From: an uncultured Candidatus Saccharibacteria bacterium | GTDB taxonomy: Bacteria > Patescibacteriota > Saccharimonadia > Saccharimonadales > Saccharimonadaceae | DNA: 64,000 nucleotides | Assembly: GCA_963718685.1 (NCBI GenBank) | Contig: OY970356.1 | Location: 497,031-561,030, forward strand | Direction: 5' to 3' | Translations under genes and position numbers: made by a program | Notes under the pieces: generated by a model | The model's input: only the letters and a program-made list of their open reading frames with translations | What the model was told of the DNA's origin: nothing | Database searches by the model: none | Shown: positions 46,438-54,602 of the stretch, piece after piece | How the letters are laid out: each line of letters begins with the position of its first letter | Numbering within the stretch: the stretch's first letter is position 1

Positions 46438-47920
46438 AACCGATCTTCTTTAAATTATCTTTAATTTGCTTTTCTAATTTGTCAGATTCTGCGAATTGTC
46501 CTTTTAACTCAGTTGTTAACTTTTGCATCTTTTCTTCAAACGCTTCGTCGTCTTCTTCTATTTCTTCAGCACCAACATAACGTCCAGGAATCAAGACATA
46601 ATCATGTTCTTTGATCTCGTCCAGGGTTGTTTCTTTGCAGAAACCGGCAACGTCTTCGTACTTATTATTCTGCTGCTTCCATTCGTGATAAATGCCGGCT
46701 ATTTTGGCAATGTCACCGTCGTTAAACTCACGATTACGCCGATTAACCATATGCCCTGTATTGCGCGCGTCTATAAATAAGGTTTTGCCACTGCGGTTTT
46801 TACGGTCGCGCGAAATAAACCACAGACACGCTGGGATTCCAGTGTTAAAGAATAGCTGGCTTGGCATGGTAACAATACAATCAACTAAATCTGCCTCTAT
46901 AATACTTTTACGAATCTCGCCCTCGCCGGAACTTTGCGAACTCATAGAGCCATTTGCCAAGACAAAGCCAGCCGTACCTGTTGGGCTAAGATGATGTATA
47001 AAATGCTGAACCCAAGCAAAGTTAGCATTGCCTTTTGGCGGAGTGCCAAACTTCCATCGCACATCATTTGCCAAAAGCTCACCGCTCCAGTCGCTGTCGT
47101 TAAATGGCGGATTGGCTAATACGAAGTCGGCTTTGAGGTCTTTTAGCTGGTCGTTATGGAGCGTGTCGCCATATTTGATATCTGCGTCTATGCCACGAAG
47201 GGCCATGTTCATGACAGCTAGCTTCCAGGTGGTTTGGTTACTTTCCTGACCGTAAATTGCAATATCCCCTAGTCGGCCGGAATGCTCTTCTATAAATTTT
47301 TCACTTTGAACGAACATTCCCCCACTGCCACAGCATGGGTCATAAATCCGGCCTTTATATGGCTCTAGCATCTCGACAAGCAAGCGAACGATGCTGCGTG
47401 GAGTATAGAACTGCCCGCCACGCTTGCCTTCTGCATCGGCAAACATGCCGATGAAGTATTCATAAATCCGGCCTAGTAAATCTTTTTCTTTATGGCCGCT
47501 GCCATTTAGCTGTATATTACTGAAAATATCAATTAGCTCACCTAAGCGGCGTTTATCTAGAGCTTCCCGCCCATAGTTTTTTGGCAAGACTCCTTTAAGC
47601 TTCGGGTTTTCTCGCTCAATGGCGTCCATGGCATCATCAATAATTGTGCCGATTTCTGGCTGCTTGGCGTTATCGCGCAAGTACCACCAGCGAGCTTCTT
47701 TAGGAACCCAAAATATATTTTCTGAAGCATATTCGTCTTTGTCTTCAGGGTCAACATATTCTTGGCTTTTAAGTTCTGCATATTTTTCTTCAAAGGCGTC
47801 AGATATGTATTTGAGGAAAATTAATCCAAGTACTACATGCTTATACTCTGCAGCGTCCATATTATTTCGCAGCTTATCAGCAGATTGCCAGAGTTTTTGC
47901 TGTATTTCTTGAATATCCAA
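46427..47920 (-). CDS. hsdM: Type I R-M N6-adenine DNA methyltransferase subunit
   Basis: Motif [12 protein letters not shown], motif IV LANPPFN, HsdM N-terminus [36 protein letters not shown] start with AAGAGG SD 6 nt upstream. Confidence 0.95.
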   Translation of the reverse strand: MDIQEIQQKLWQSADKLRNNMDAAEYKHVVLGLIFLKYISDAFEEKYAELKSQEYVDPEDKDEYASENIFWVPKEARWWYLRDNAKQPEIGTIIDDAMDAIERENPKLKGVLPKNYGREALDKRRLGELIDIFSNIQLNGSGHKEKDLLGRIYEYFIGMFADAEGKRGGQFYTPRSIVRLLVEMLEPYKGRIYDPCCGSGGMFVQSEKFIEEHSGRLGDIAIYGQESNQTTWKLAVMNMALRGIDADIKYGDTLHNDQLKDLKADFVLANPPFNDSDWSGELLANDVRWKFGTPPKGNANFAWVQHFIHHLSPTGTAGFVLANGSMSSQSSGEGEIRKSIIEADLVDCIVTMPSQLFFNTGIPACLWFISRDRKNRSGKTLFIDARNTGHMVNRRNREFNDGDIAKIAGIYHEWKQQNNKYEDVAGFCKETTLDEIKEHDYVLIPGRYVGAEEIEEDDEAFEEKMQKLTTELKGQFAESDKLEKQIKDNLKKIGYEF

Positions 47921-47967
47921 AACTTACCTCTTAATCTCTTAGAGCTTCGTGCTCTAAATTTGTGCTC

Positions 47968-47976
47968 ATTATAGCA
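47968..47976 (-). promoter_or_regulatory. extended -10 (TGCTATAAT) of the R-M operon, inside a small palindrome
   Basis: Minus strand TGCTATAAT. Plus-strand GTGCT-CATTAT-AGCAC at 47962-47977. Leader hairpin TTAGAGC-TTCGT-GCTCTAA at 47939-47957. Confidence 0.4.
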
Positions 47977-48018
47977 CTTTTATCTCTGTTTTTAAACTAA
48001 ATTCAAAGGATATTACTT

Positions 48019-48092
48019 CGAGAAAGTATTAAAAATATTAAAACTAGCGCGCCAAGCAATCGGCGGAAATAGTTGGTGCCCCGCTAAAGAGC
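48019..48092. repeat. direct repeat copy A: degraded copy of the 3' end of the 49109-49408 gene
   Basis: About 85-90% identical by eye to 49125-49195, with two extra bases (agcggggcacc versus agcggcacc) that break the frame. Confidence 0.7.
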
Positions 48093-48226
48093 AGATTGAC
48101 ATAAGCGTTAACGGTATGATATGCTTAAAGTACAAATGAAACTGGTTCCGAACTGTCACCGTATGGTGTGCGTGCCTAGGACAACTAGGATAGGAGCCAG
48201 TTTCGACTTTACATAGAATAATCATT

Positions 48227-48862
48227 TTACTTAAACTCCCAGACATCTTCTATTCTTTTCTTGATAATCTTTATATAGCGTTTTGAATCTGTCTTATCCT
48301 TCTGGTAGGAACGATGTATGGATCCTGCTACTAAGTCTGCGAGTTGAATCAGGTTGTTTGTGTGTGAGTCAACAAATCTGACTTTGGCAATTTTTTTCGA
48401 CCTAGAATTGATCATGCGCCTGAAGTAAGTGACGGCGCTTTTTTTATACTCTCTACCTGAATGCCCGTCTAGCCGAACATCGGCTTTGTTTAGACTATCT
48501 GTTTTTGCCAAAACTTCTTTAATTGCATAGTTGTAAAAAGAATCTTGCTTGTTTCTTAACTCTTGGCTGCGAATTACAGATTTATTTATGCAAATAGCGC
48601 GCACCCTGAAGTTCTTTGAGCCGAGTCTTTTGAGAAGTTCTGCAGTGATATCTTTTTTAGTTTTATTAAACTTAAATTCTCTATTGTCCGACCACTTTAA
48701 CTCCCTGCGATATTTTTTCATTACCAAAGCCGTTTCTTCGGCGTCGAGATTGTCGTCAAAAATTACGCAAGCTATTACAAAGTGACTGCTAGAACCCTTA
48801 CCTAGCTTAAAACCTGGATCGCCAGAGTCATCTATAAAAACTAGTTGTTTTGTTTTCGCCAT
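48227..48862 (-). CDS. DUF3800-family protein
   Basis: N-terminal LVFIDDSGDPGF plus HFVIACVIF typical of DUF3800, 211 aa. Confidence 0.65.
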   Translation of the reverse strand: MAKTKQLVFIDDSGDPGFKLGKGSSSHFVIACVIFDDNLDAEETALVMKKYRRELKWSDNREFKFNKTKKDITAELLKRLGSKNFRVRAICINKSVIRSQELRNKQDSFYNYAIKEVLAKTDSLNKADVRLDGHSGREYKKSAVTYFRRMINSRSKKIAKVRFVDSHTNNLIQLADLVAGSIHRSYQKDKTDSKRYIKIIKKRIEDVWEFK

Positions 48863-49108
48863 AACTAAAACAGCAGGTCTATGCCGAGCTCCTTTTGTTA
48901 GATTTTGTGCTGCTAGTTGTGTCGACTTTTGAGGTCTTTTTTGTTAATCTAGACTTATCACCATTGTCGGATAGGCCTAAGGTTTCGACCGAACGCCGAT
49001 GCCGACTTTTTTGATATTTCAGAGAAGTTTCTAGCCTCTCTTTCTTCCGATCTTCTGACACACTAACTCCCAATATTACTGCTACTATTCTACCCTTGAA
49101 TCAAGTTT

Positions 49109-49408
49109 TTATAAAATACCGCTCCGAGAAAGTATTATGAATATTAAAACTAACGCGCCAAGCGCTCGGCGAAAATAGTTGGTGCCGCTGAAAAGCTCTA
49201 GCCAAGCCCAAGTGGCAAGTGCGACAAAAGCAATGAGGTCAAACAGCAAGTGCGCTATGGGGATATGGAGTGGAACTTTTATAAGCACCGTGGCCACAAA
49301 CCAAACAATAATCGGCAAGTTGGGCCGCTGGAAAATGGCAAAATTGCCAGAGCTGTCTTTAAAGCATCTATCGAAAAAAGTGGGCTGGGGTTTACTGCTC
49401 TTGCGCAT
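49109..49408 (-). CDS. small three-TM membrane protein
   Basis: 99-aa ORF whose 3' end is direct repeat copy B. Confidence 0.55.
   Translation of the reverse strand: MRKSSKPQPTFFDRCFKDSSGNFAIFQRPNLPIIVWFVATVLIKVPLHIPIAHLLFDLIAFVALATWAWLELFSGTNYFRRALGALVLIFIILSRSGIL
49125..49195. repeat. direct repeat copy B (intact 3' end of the 99-aa gene)
   Basis: Encodes ...ELFSGTNYFRRALGALVLIFIILSRS. Matches 48019-48092. Confidence 0.7.
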
Positions 49409-49435
49409 GCTCTACTTTCTTGTTTTTCTTCATAA

Positions 49436-50584
49436 TTAACTTTCTTCCTCACTAAATAGTTCAACGTAATCACGATAAATGTATTTTTGACCGTATGTAT
49501 CAGTGTCTTTAGTAGGAAAAAGTATTCCCATACCTTTGAGTCTTTCGATAACCCTATAAGCACCTGGGCGAGTATAGCCTGTCCATTTCACAATATCAGC
49601 AATACCTACCGTTGGTAAGCGATAAAGATTGCGAAGAACCTCAAGTGTTGTGGGGGCTGAAGCTCGACCGAGTTTTTGGACTTTACGCATATCGCGTTCG
49701 CGAACTTCGGTTATTTTCTGACATGTGACAATAGCTGACTGTGCTGTTTCTATAATCCCATCCATAAAGAAATCGAGCCATTCGCTGATACGCCCTTCTT
49801 CTGAATGATAGCCATTAAGTCTATCGTAGTAGGTGTCTTGATGTTTTTTAAAATATGACGACAAATAAAGCACCGGCATTTCTAATAGTTTTTCATGCCA
49901 CAGAAACATAGTAACCAATATGCGTCCAGTGCGGCCATTGCCGTCAGCAAATGGATGGATTGTTTCAAATTGAGCATGTAAAAGACCAGCCTTTATAAGT
50001 GGCAGGTAGTCATCATCGGCATGAATAAACTTTTCAAGATTACTAAGAGCGTCTTTCATATCGTGAACCGGAGGCGGCACAAACCTAGCATTGTCGGGAC
50101 GTGTACCACCAATCCAATTTTGGCTAGTACGAAACTCGCCTGGAAATGGGTTGTGTGTAGTACGAGCGCCTGTCATTAGTTTTTGATGTAGTTCTCGTAT
50201 AAAACGAAGTGAAAATGGAAATTCTTTTGCTCGCTTAAGTCCATAATTCAATGCATCAATGTAATGTAAAATGTCATCAACATCAGCTGGAAGATCTGTG
50301 CTACGTTCAACATTTACCGCCTCAATAGCATCCATCATCGTTGCCTTTGTCCCTTCAATCTGGCTTGACGACGATGCATCTTTGCGGACAAACATTTCAA
50401 GAAAATAATCCTTATCTGGCAAAAGTTCAGTTATACCGTCTAGTTTTCCGATAAGCCGCACTGCTTCAGTATGTTTTTGCGACAAGGAACGATTAGTCAC
50501 AATTCCCTCAACTGGTGGAAACACACTAGGAACAAAGGCCTTAAAGCCTGTAGGTTGTTGAATATATTTTCCTATAATACTCAT
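49436..50584 (-). CDS. Fic-family protein (class II, N-terminal inhibitory helix) with C-terminal wHTH
   Basis: Fic motif HPFADGNGRTGR, inhibitory motif SSQIEG ((S/T)xxxE(G/N)). The ATG at 50584 (MSIIGKY) is preferred over the track start. Confidence 0.85.
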   Translation of the reverse strand: MSIIGKYIQQPTGFKAFVPSVFPPVEGIVTNRSLSQKHTEAVRLIGKLDGITELLPDKDYFLEMFVRKDASSSSQIEGTKATMMDAIEAVNVERSTDLPADVDDILHYIDALNYGLKRAKEFPFSLRFIRELHQKLMTGARTTHNPFPGEFRTSQNWIGGTRPDNARFVPPPVHDMKDALSNLEKFIHADDDYLPLIKAGLLHAQFETIHPFADGNGRTGRILVTMFLWHEKLLEMPVLYLSSYFKKHQDTYYDRLNGYHSEEGRISEWLDFFMDGIIETAQSAIVTCQKITEVRERDMRKVQKLGRASAPTTLEVLRNLYRLPTVGIADIVKWTGYTRPGAYRVIERLKGMGILFPTKDTDTYGQKYIYRDYVELFSEEES

Positions 50585-50591
50585 AGCAATT

Positions 50592-50620
50592 TGTTTACAT
50601 CTTTGGTTCCAATGTAAACA
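50592..50620. repeat. perfect 9-bp inverted repeat in the Fic leader
   Basis: TGTTTACAT (50592-50600) and ATGTAAACA (50612-50620). A third half-site ATGTAAAC lies at 50654-50661. Confidence 0.7.
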
Positions 50621-50644
50621 GAATAGCACATTTAGTTTATATCT

Positions 50645-50672
50645 ACAATAGTAATGTAAACTCGACTGTCAA
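50645..50672 (-). promoter_or_regulatory. Fic promoter (TTGACA-16-TATTGT)
   Basis: -35 at 50667-50672, -10 at 50645-50650 on minus. The spacer contains a GTTTACAT half-site. Confidence 0.5.
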
Positions 50673-50745
50673 GTATTGTTAAATGATAGTTGTATAGCAA
50701 GCTACTTTGCATACTTTTGCAACTTGTCTTGAGTGTCCCCTTTGG

Positions 50746-51153
50746 CTACTCTTCGCCATGTTCGGCTGCTTCATCAGCTTCAGCTTCGGCGTGAGTTTGC
50801 TGGACTCTGTCGGCCGGGTGGTTTGGCGGGCCATAGATTGAATAAAGTTTTAGATCACTCTCGCCCGTGTTTATCAGATTGTGCCAAACGCCAGCGGGCA
50901 CAATAACTGCCCAATCGTCTTCAGCATCGTATTCCTTCGTAACTTCGTCTTTGCTGGGCCCGAAGGTTACGTGGGCTTTGCCGCTTTCTATGCGCAAGAA
51001 TTGATCGACATTTGGGTGAGCTTCAAGCCCTACGTCGTCGCCCGGCTTGATGCACATTACGGTTACCTGAATGTGTTTGCCCGTCCACACAACAGTGCGG
51101 TATGTTTCGTTACTTTTTGTTAATTCCTCGATATTTTTTGCCCATGGTTCCAT
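50746..51153 (-). CDS. cupin-domain protein
   Basis: GDDVGLEAHPNVDQFLRIESGKAHVTFG cupin core, acidic tail. Confidence 0.65.
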   Translation of the reverse strand: MEPWAKNIEELTKSNETYRTVVWTGKHIQVTVMCIKPGDDVGLEAHPNVDQFLRIESGKAHVTFGPSKDEVTKEYDAEDDWAVIVPAGVWHNLINTGESDLKLYSIYGPPNHPADRVQQTHAEAEADEAAEHGEE

Positions 51154-51191
51154 AAAACACTCCTTTTGCTTACCTTTCTATTCTAACAGTT

Positions 51192-52709
51192 TTAGAAAAG
51201 GTCTGGGTAAACGCTTTTGGTGGTTTCGTCTACTTCAGCGCGGAGCTGCGGGAATGGCACGCCTTCGCGCGCGGAAACGCCTTCAAGCACCCAAAATAGC
51301 CTTTCGCTAAAGCCAAAGCCGCAAGCTGGCGGCATGGCGTATTCCAGGGCTTCTACGTAGTCGATATCTAGCATCTGGGCTTCTTTGTCGCCGGCATCGC
51401 GCAAGGCTTGCTGTTCTTTAAAGCGCTGCAGCTGGTCTATCGGATCGTTTAGCTCGGAATACGCTTTGCAAAGCTCGCTGCCGCCTAGCAGCAAGTTGAA
51501 TTGCTCGCTAAGCTCGGGATTGTCGGGCTGGGTTTTTGCCAGCGGCTGCAAAAAGGTTGGGATGTCTACCAAAAAGGCCGGACCGTTCAGGCTGCTGCGG
51601 ATTTTCTTCCAGAGTTTGTCGATGCCGCGGGCGCGGTTGTGGTGTTTTTCAACCTCGAGGCCATGTTTTTTAAGCTGCTCTTGCACATCTTTAAGCGTGC
51701 ATTTGAAAACATCCAAGCCGTAGTGCTCTTTCATTTGCTCGACAAAGCTGATGCGCGGCCAATCTTGGCCGTCCGGGCCGAGATCTACCTCTTGGCCGTT
51801 GGCTAAGCTAAACTTGCGCGTACCCCACGTTTTGTCGGCAATAGAGCGCACTAGATCTTCGGTCAGTTTCATGCCCTTTTCCCAATCGGCATAGGCCCAG
51901 TACCATTCCATGGCGACGTGTTCGGGCAAATGCTCGTCGGAATAGTTTTCGTTGCGAAAACGCGGGCCGATGTCAAAGACTTTCTCGTAACCGGCAACCA
52001 GCAGGCGCTTCAAAGGCAACTCGTGGCTGATGCGCAGATAAAAATCTTGGCCCAGGGCGTCCATGTGGGTTACAAACGGCGTAGCATCGGCTCCGCCCGG
52101 CGTGTTTTCAAGCACAGGAACGTTGATTTCTAAGAAGTCTTCTTTAAGCAAAAAGTCGCGCGTGGCTTGCCAGAATTTGCTGCGGCGGATAAAGCGTTCG
52201 CGCACGTCTTGGTTGACGTTTATGTCGATATAACGGCGGCGCAGGCGCTCTTCTTTGTTTTTAAAGCCGTCGTGTGCGGTGGGCATAGGGCGCAAACTTT
52301 TGGTAAGCAAACGCAAATTGCTAACTTCCACCGAGATTTCGCCGGTTTGGGTTTTTGCCACCGTGCCGTGGGCTTCAATGAAATCTCCGCTGTCTAGCAG
52401 TGGCAACTGCTCAAAGCCAAGCTGGCTTTTTTTAGCATCAAGCGGCTGCATTTTATCTGCTGCCAGGAAAAGTTGCAAAGTGCCGCTGGCATCTTTAATA
52501 ACCACAAAAGCAATCTTGCCAAATTTGCGGATGTTAATAATACGCCCAGCTACGCTAGCCTTTTGACCGCTAAGCTTAGAAAAATGCGTGGTGATGTCTT
52601 GTAACGTGTTGGTACGCTCGGTTTTGGCGGGGTATGGATTGACTCCAAGCTCTTCGAGCTGTTCGAGTTTCCGCAGCCGTTCGTCGCGCAATTCCTTCAG
52701 TGTAGCCAT
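51192..52709 (-). CDS. lysS: lysine--tRNA ligase (class II)
   Basis: OB anticodon-binding N-domain, class II core (FRNE...DEHLPE, GGSELCKAYSELNDP), 505 aa. Confidence 0.9.
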   Translation of the reverse strand: MATLKELRDERLRKLEQLEELGVNPYPAKTERTNTLQDITTHFSKLSGQKASVAGRIINIRKFGKIAFVVIKDASGTLQLFLAADKMQPLDAKKSQLGFEQLPLLDSGDFIEAHGTVAKTQTGEISVEVSNLRLLTKSLRPMPTAHDGFKNKEERLRRRYIDINVNQDVRERFIRRSKFWQATRDFLLKEDFLEINVPVLENTPGGADATPFVTHMDALGQDFYLRISHELPLKRLLVAGYEKVFDIGPRFRNENYSDEHLPEHVAMEWYWAYADWEKGMKLTEDLVRSIADKTWGTRKFSLANGQEVDLGPDGQDWPRISFVEQMKEHYGLDVFKCTLKDVQEQLKKHGLEVEKHHNRARGIDKLWKKIRSSLNGPAFLVDIPTFLQPLAKTQPDNPELSEQFNLLLGGSELCKAYSELNDPIDQLQRFKEQQALRDAGDKEAQMLDIDYVEALEYAMPPACGFGFSERLFWVLEGVSAREGVPFPQLRAEVDETTKSVYPDLF

Positions 52710-52719
52710 ATTAGTAACT

Positions 52720-52728
52720 ACTATATCA
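52720..52728 (-). promoter_or_regulatory. extended -10 (TGATATAGT) 10 nt upstream of the lysS ATG
   Basis: Minus strand TGATATAGTAGTTACTAATATG, no SD. Confidence 0.4.
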
Positions 52729-52748
52729 GATTAGTAAGAACCGTAATG

Positions 52749-53204
52749 CTATTTTAGGCCGACAACTTTGTAGTTGATTTCGGTCTTGGGAGTTTTGATG
52801 GTAACTTTGTCGCCCACCTTCTTGCCCAGTAAGGCTTTGCCGATAGGAGAAACGTCGGATACTTTGCCGTTGATTGGGTCGGCTTCAACCGGGCCAACAA
52901 TTGTGTAAGTGGCCTTGTCGCCGTTGCTGGAAAGGTCAACAGTGCTGCCGACTTGTATACTAGACGATTTTCTAGCTTTAATAATGTCGGCGTTTAATAA
53001 AATCTCTTCAATTTCGCCGATGCGGGTTTCTACTTGGCCTTGCTCTTCGCGAGCGGCGTCATATTCGGCGTTTTCACTCAAATCACCATAATCACGAGCA
53101 TTAGCAATCTTCTCGGCAATAGTGCCGCGACGACTTTTCAGTTCTTCTAGCTCTTTGACAAGTTCTTGCTTGCCCGCTGGAGTTAACTGATATTGCTTTT
53201 TCAT
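52749..53204 (-). CDS. greA: transcription elongation factor GreA
   Basis: Coiled-coil N-domain with DLSENAEYDAAREEQ, FKBP-like C-domain, 151 aa. Confidence 0.9.
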   Translation of the reverse strand: MKKQYQLTPAGKQELVKELEELKSRRGTIAEKIANARDYGDLSENAEYDAAREEQGQVETRIGEIEEILLNADIIKARKSSSIQVGSTVDLSSNGDKATYTIVGPVEADPINGKVSDVSPIGKALLGKKVGDKVTIKTPKTEINYKVVGLK

Positions 53205-53314
53205 AAAATGCCCCTTTTTTTATTAGTGCCTAGCGCTTCCACACGCTGGCATTATTGGGTGATAATTGTTTGTAATTTTTGTTATAAGTGTAGCCGCAAA
53301 TTGTTTATAATCGC

Positions 53315-54583
53315 TTAGCTTAAAAATCTACGGGTTTCTAGCTTACCAAACAACTCGGATTCCGTCAACAGCTTTTTTGTGCCGTTTTTGCGAGCGGTAT
53401 ATTCGTACTGTTTTTTATCTGTTAGCCGCTCGCTGACCACTACCCGATGCGGAATACCCATCAGCTCGCTATCGGCCAGTTTTTCACCGGGACGCTCGCT
53501 GCGATCGTCATAAAGAACGCTGATATTTTGTTTGTTTAGCTTTTCGTAAAGTTGGTCGGCTTGTTTGACGACCTCAGGCTTGTCGCCGATTCGCACCAAG
53601 TAAACTTGGGCTGGTGCGACTGTTTCAGGCCAGACTAGACCTTTGTCATCAGAAAAATGCTCGGCAATCACACCCATCAAGCGGCTGACGCCAAGACCGT
53701 AACAACCGCCGATAATAGACTTTTGTTTGCCGGATTCATCTGTGAAATAAACATCCAGCGCATCGGTGTATTTGCTTTCTAGATGGAAGGTGTTACCTAC
53801 TTCGACGGCCTTTTTCTCAACCAGTTTGGATTTGTCGAGGCCAAGTTTTTTTAGATTTTCATCGGTGTAGATTTCTTCATTGATGGCGATCTTCTTTTCT
53901 TCATCAAGATAAATCGTGTCCTCGCCCACTTCGCTGAGAGTTTGGAATTCATCGCTAAAGCGCGGCGTAAAAATGCCGCCATCGGCGTATGTGCGATATG
54001 TAATGTCGCCCAGGCCCATTCTTTTGTAAACTTTGTGGTAAGACTTAACGAAACTGTCATAAATTTTTTCATGTTCTTCTTGGGTGCTGGCAAAGCTGTA
54101 AAGATCTTTCATTAAGAATTCACGGCCGCGCAGTAAGCCGCTTTTTGCCCGTAGCTCGTTGCGGAATTTGTTTTGAATCTGGTAAACCGAAAGTGGCAAG
54201 TCGCGGTATGAGCTGATGTAGTCTTTCAAAACATCAACTATCGGCTCTTCATGCGTTAAACCAACTCCCAATTCCGTGCCGTTAGTCAGCTTGGTTTTAA
54301 ACCAGTTATCAACCTTTTTGTCGTCCCAACGATCGGTCTTTTCCCAAATGTCTTTCGGTTGCAGAGTTGTCATAGCCAGTTCTTGACCACCGGCGGCATT
54401 CATTTCTTCTCGAACAATTTGTTCGATATTTTTAAGCACCTTGAAGCCAAGTGGCAAATAAGCATAAACTCCGGCCATTTCTTTGTGAATAAAGCCGGCA
54501 CGAATAAGAAGCTGGGCGTTTTTAGCTTCTTCCCCAGCTGGCGCTTGCTTGCGCGTTTTGGTAAATAAGTTTGTCATCCTCAT
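53315..54583 (-). CDS. proS: proline--tRNA ligase, bacterial-type but without the INS editing domain
   Basis: LLIRAGFIHKEMAGVYAYLPLG, REFLMKDLYSF. Only ~50 aa where the INS domain normally sits. 422 aa. Confidence 0.85.
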   Translation of the reverse strand: MRMTNLFTKTRKQAPAGEEAKNAQLLIRAGFIHKEMAGVYAYLPLGFKVLKNIEQIVREEMNAAGGQELAMTTLQPKDIWEKTDRWDDKKVDNWFKTKLTNGTELGVGLTHEEPIVDVLKDYISSYRDLPLSVYQIQNKFRNELRAKSGLLRGREFLMKDLYSFASTQEEHEKIYDSFVKSYHKVYKRMGLGDITYRTYADGGIFTPRFSDEFQTLSEVGEDTIYLDEEKKIAINEEIYTDENLKKLGLDKSKLVEKKAVEVGNTFHLESKYTDALDVYFTDESGKQKSIIGGCYGLGVSRLMGVIAEHFSDDKGLVWPETVAPAQVYLVRIGDKPEVVKQADQLYEKLNKQNISVLYDDRSERPGEKLADSELMGIPHRVVVSERLTDKKQYEYTARKNGTKKLLTESELFGKLETRRFLS

Positions 54584-54594
54584 AACTTAGACCT

Positions 54595-54600
54595 ATTGTA
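54595..54600 (-). promoter_or_regulatory. -10 box (TACAAT) 11 nt upstream of the proS ATG
   Basis: Minus strand TACAATAGGTCTAAGTTATG. Confidence 0.35.
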
Positions 54601-54602
54601 CG

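Noticed and set aside
48013-48246. 77-aa minus-strand ORF between hsdM and the DUF3800 gene
   Set aside because: Its 3' part is the out-of-frame degraded copy of the 3' end of the 99-aa gene (direct repeat A). It has no SD and its composition is odd. I treat it as noncoding scar sequence.
48879-49073. 64-aa basic low-complexity ORF upstream of the DUF3800 gene
   Set aside because: It has a TTG start, no SD and no recognisable motif. I cannot support it as a gene from sequence alone.
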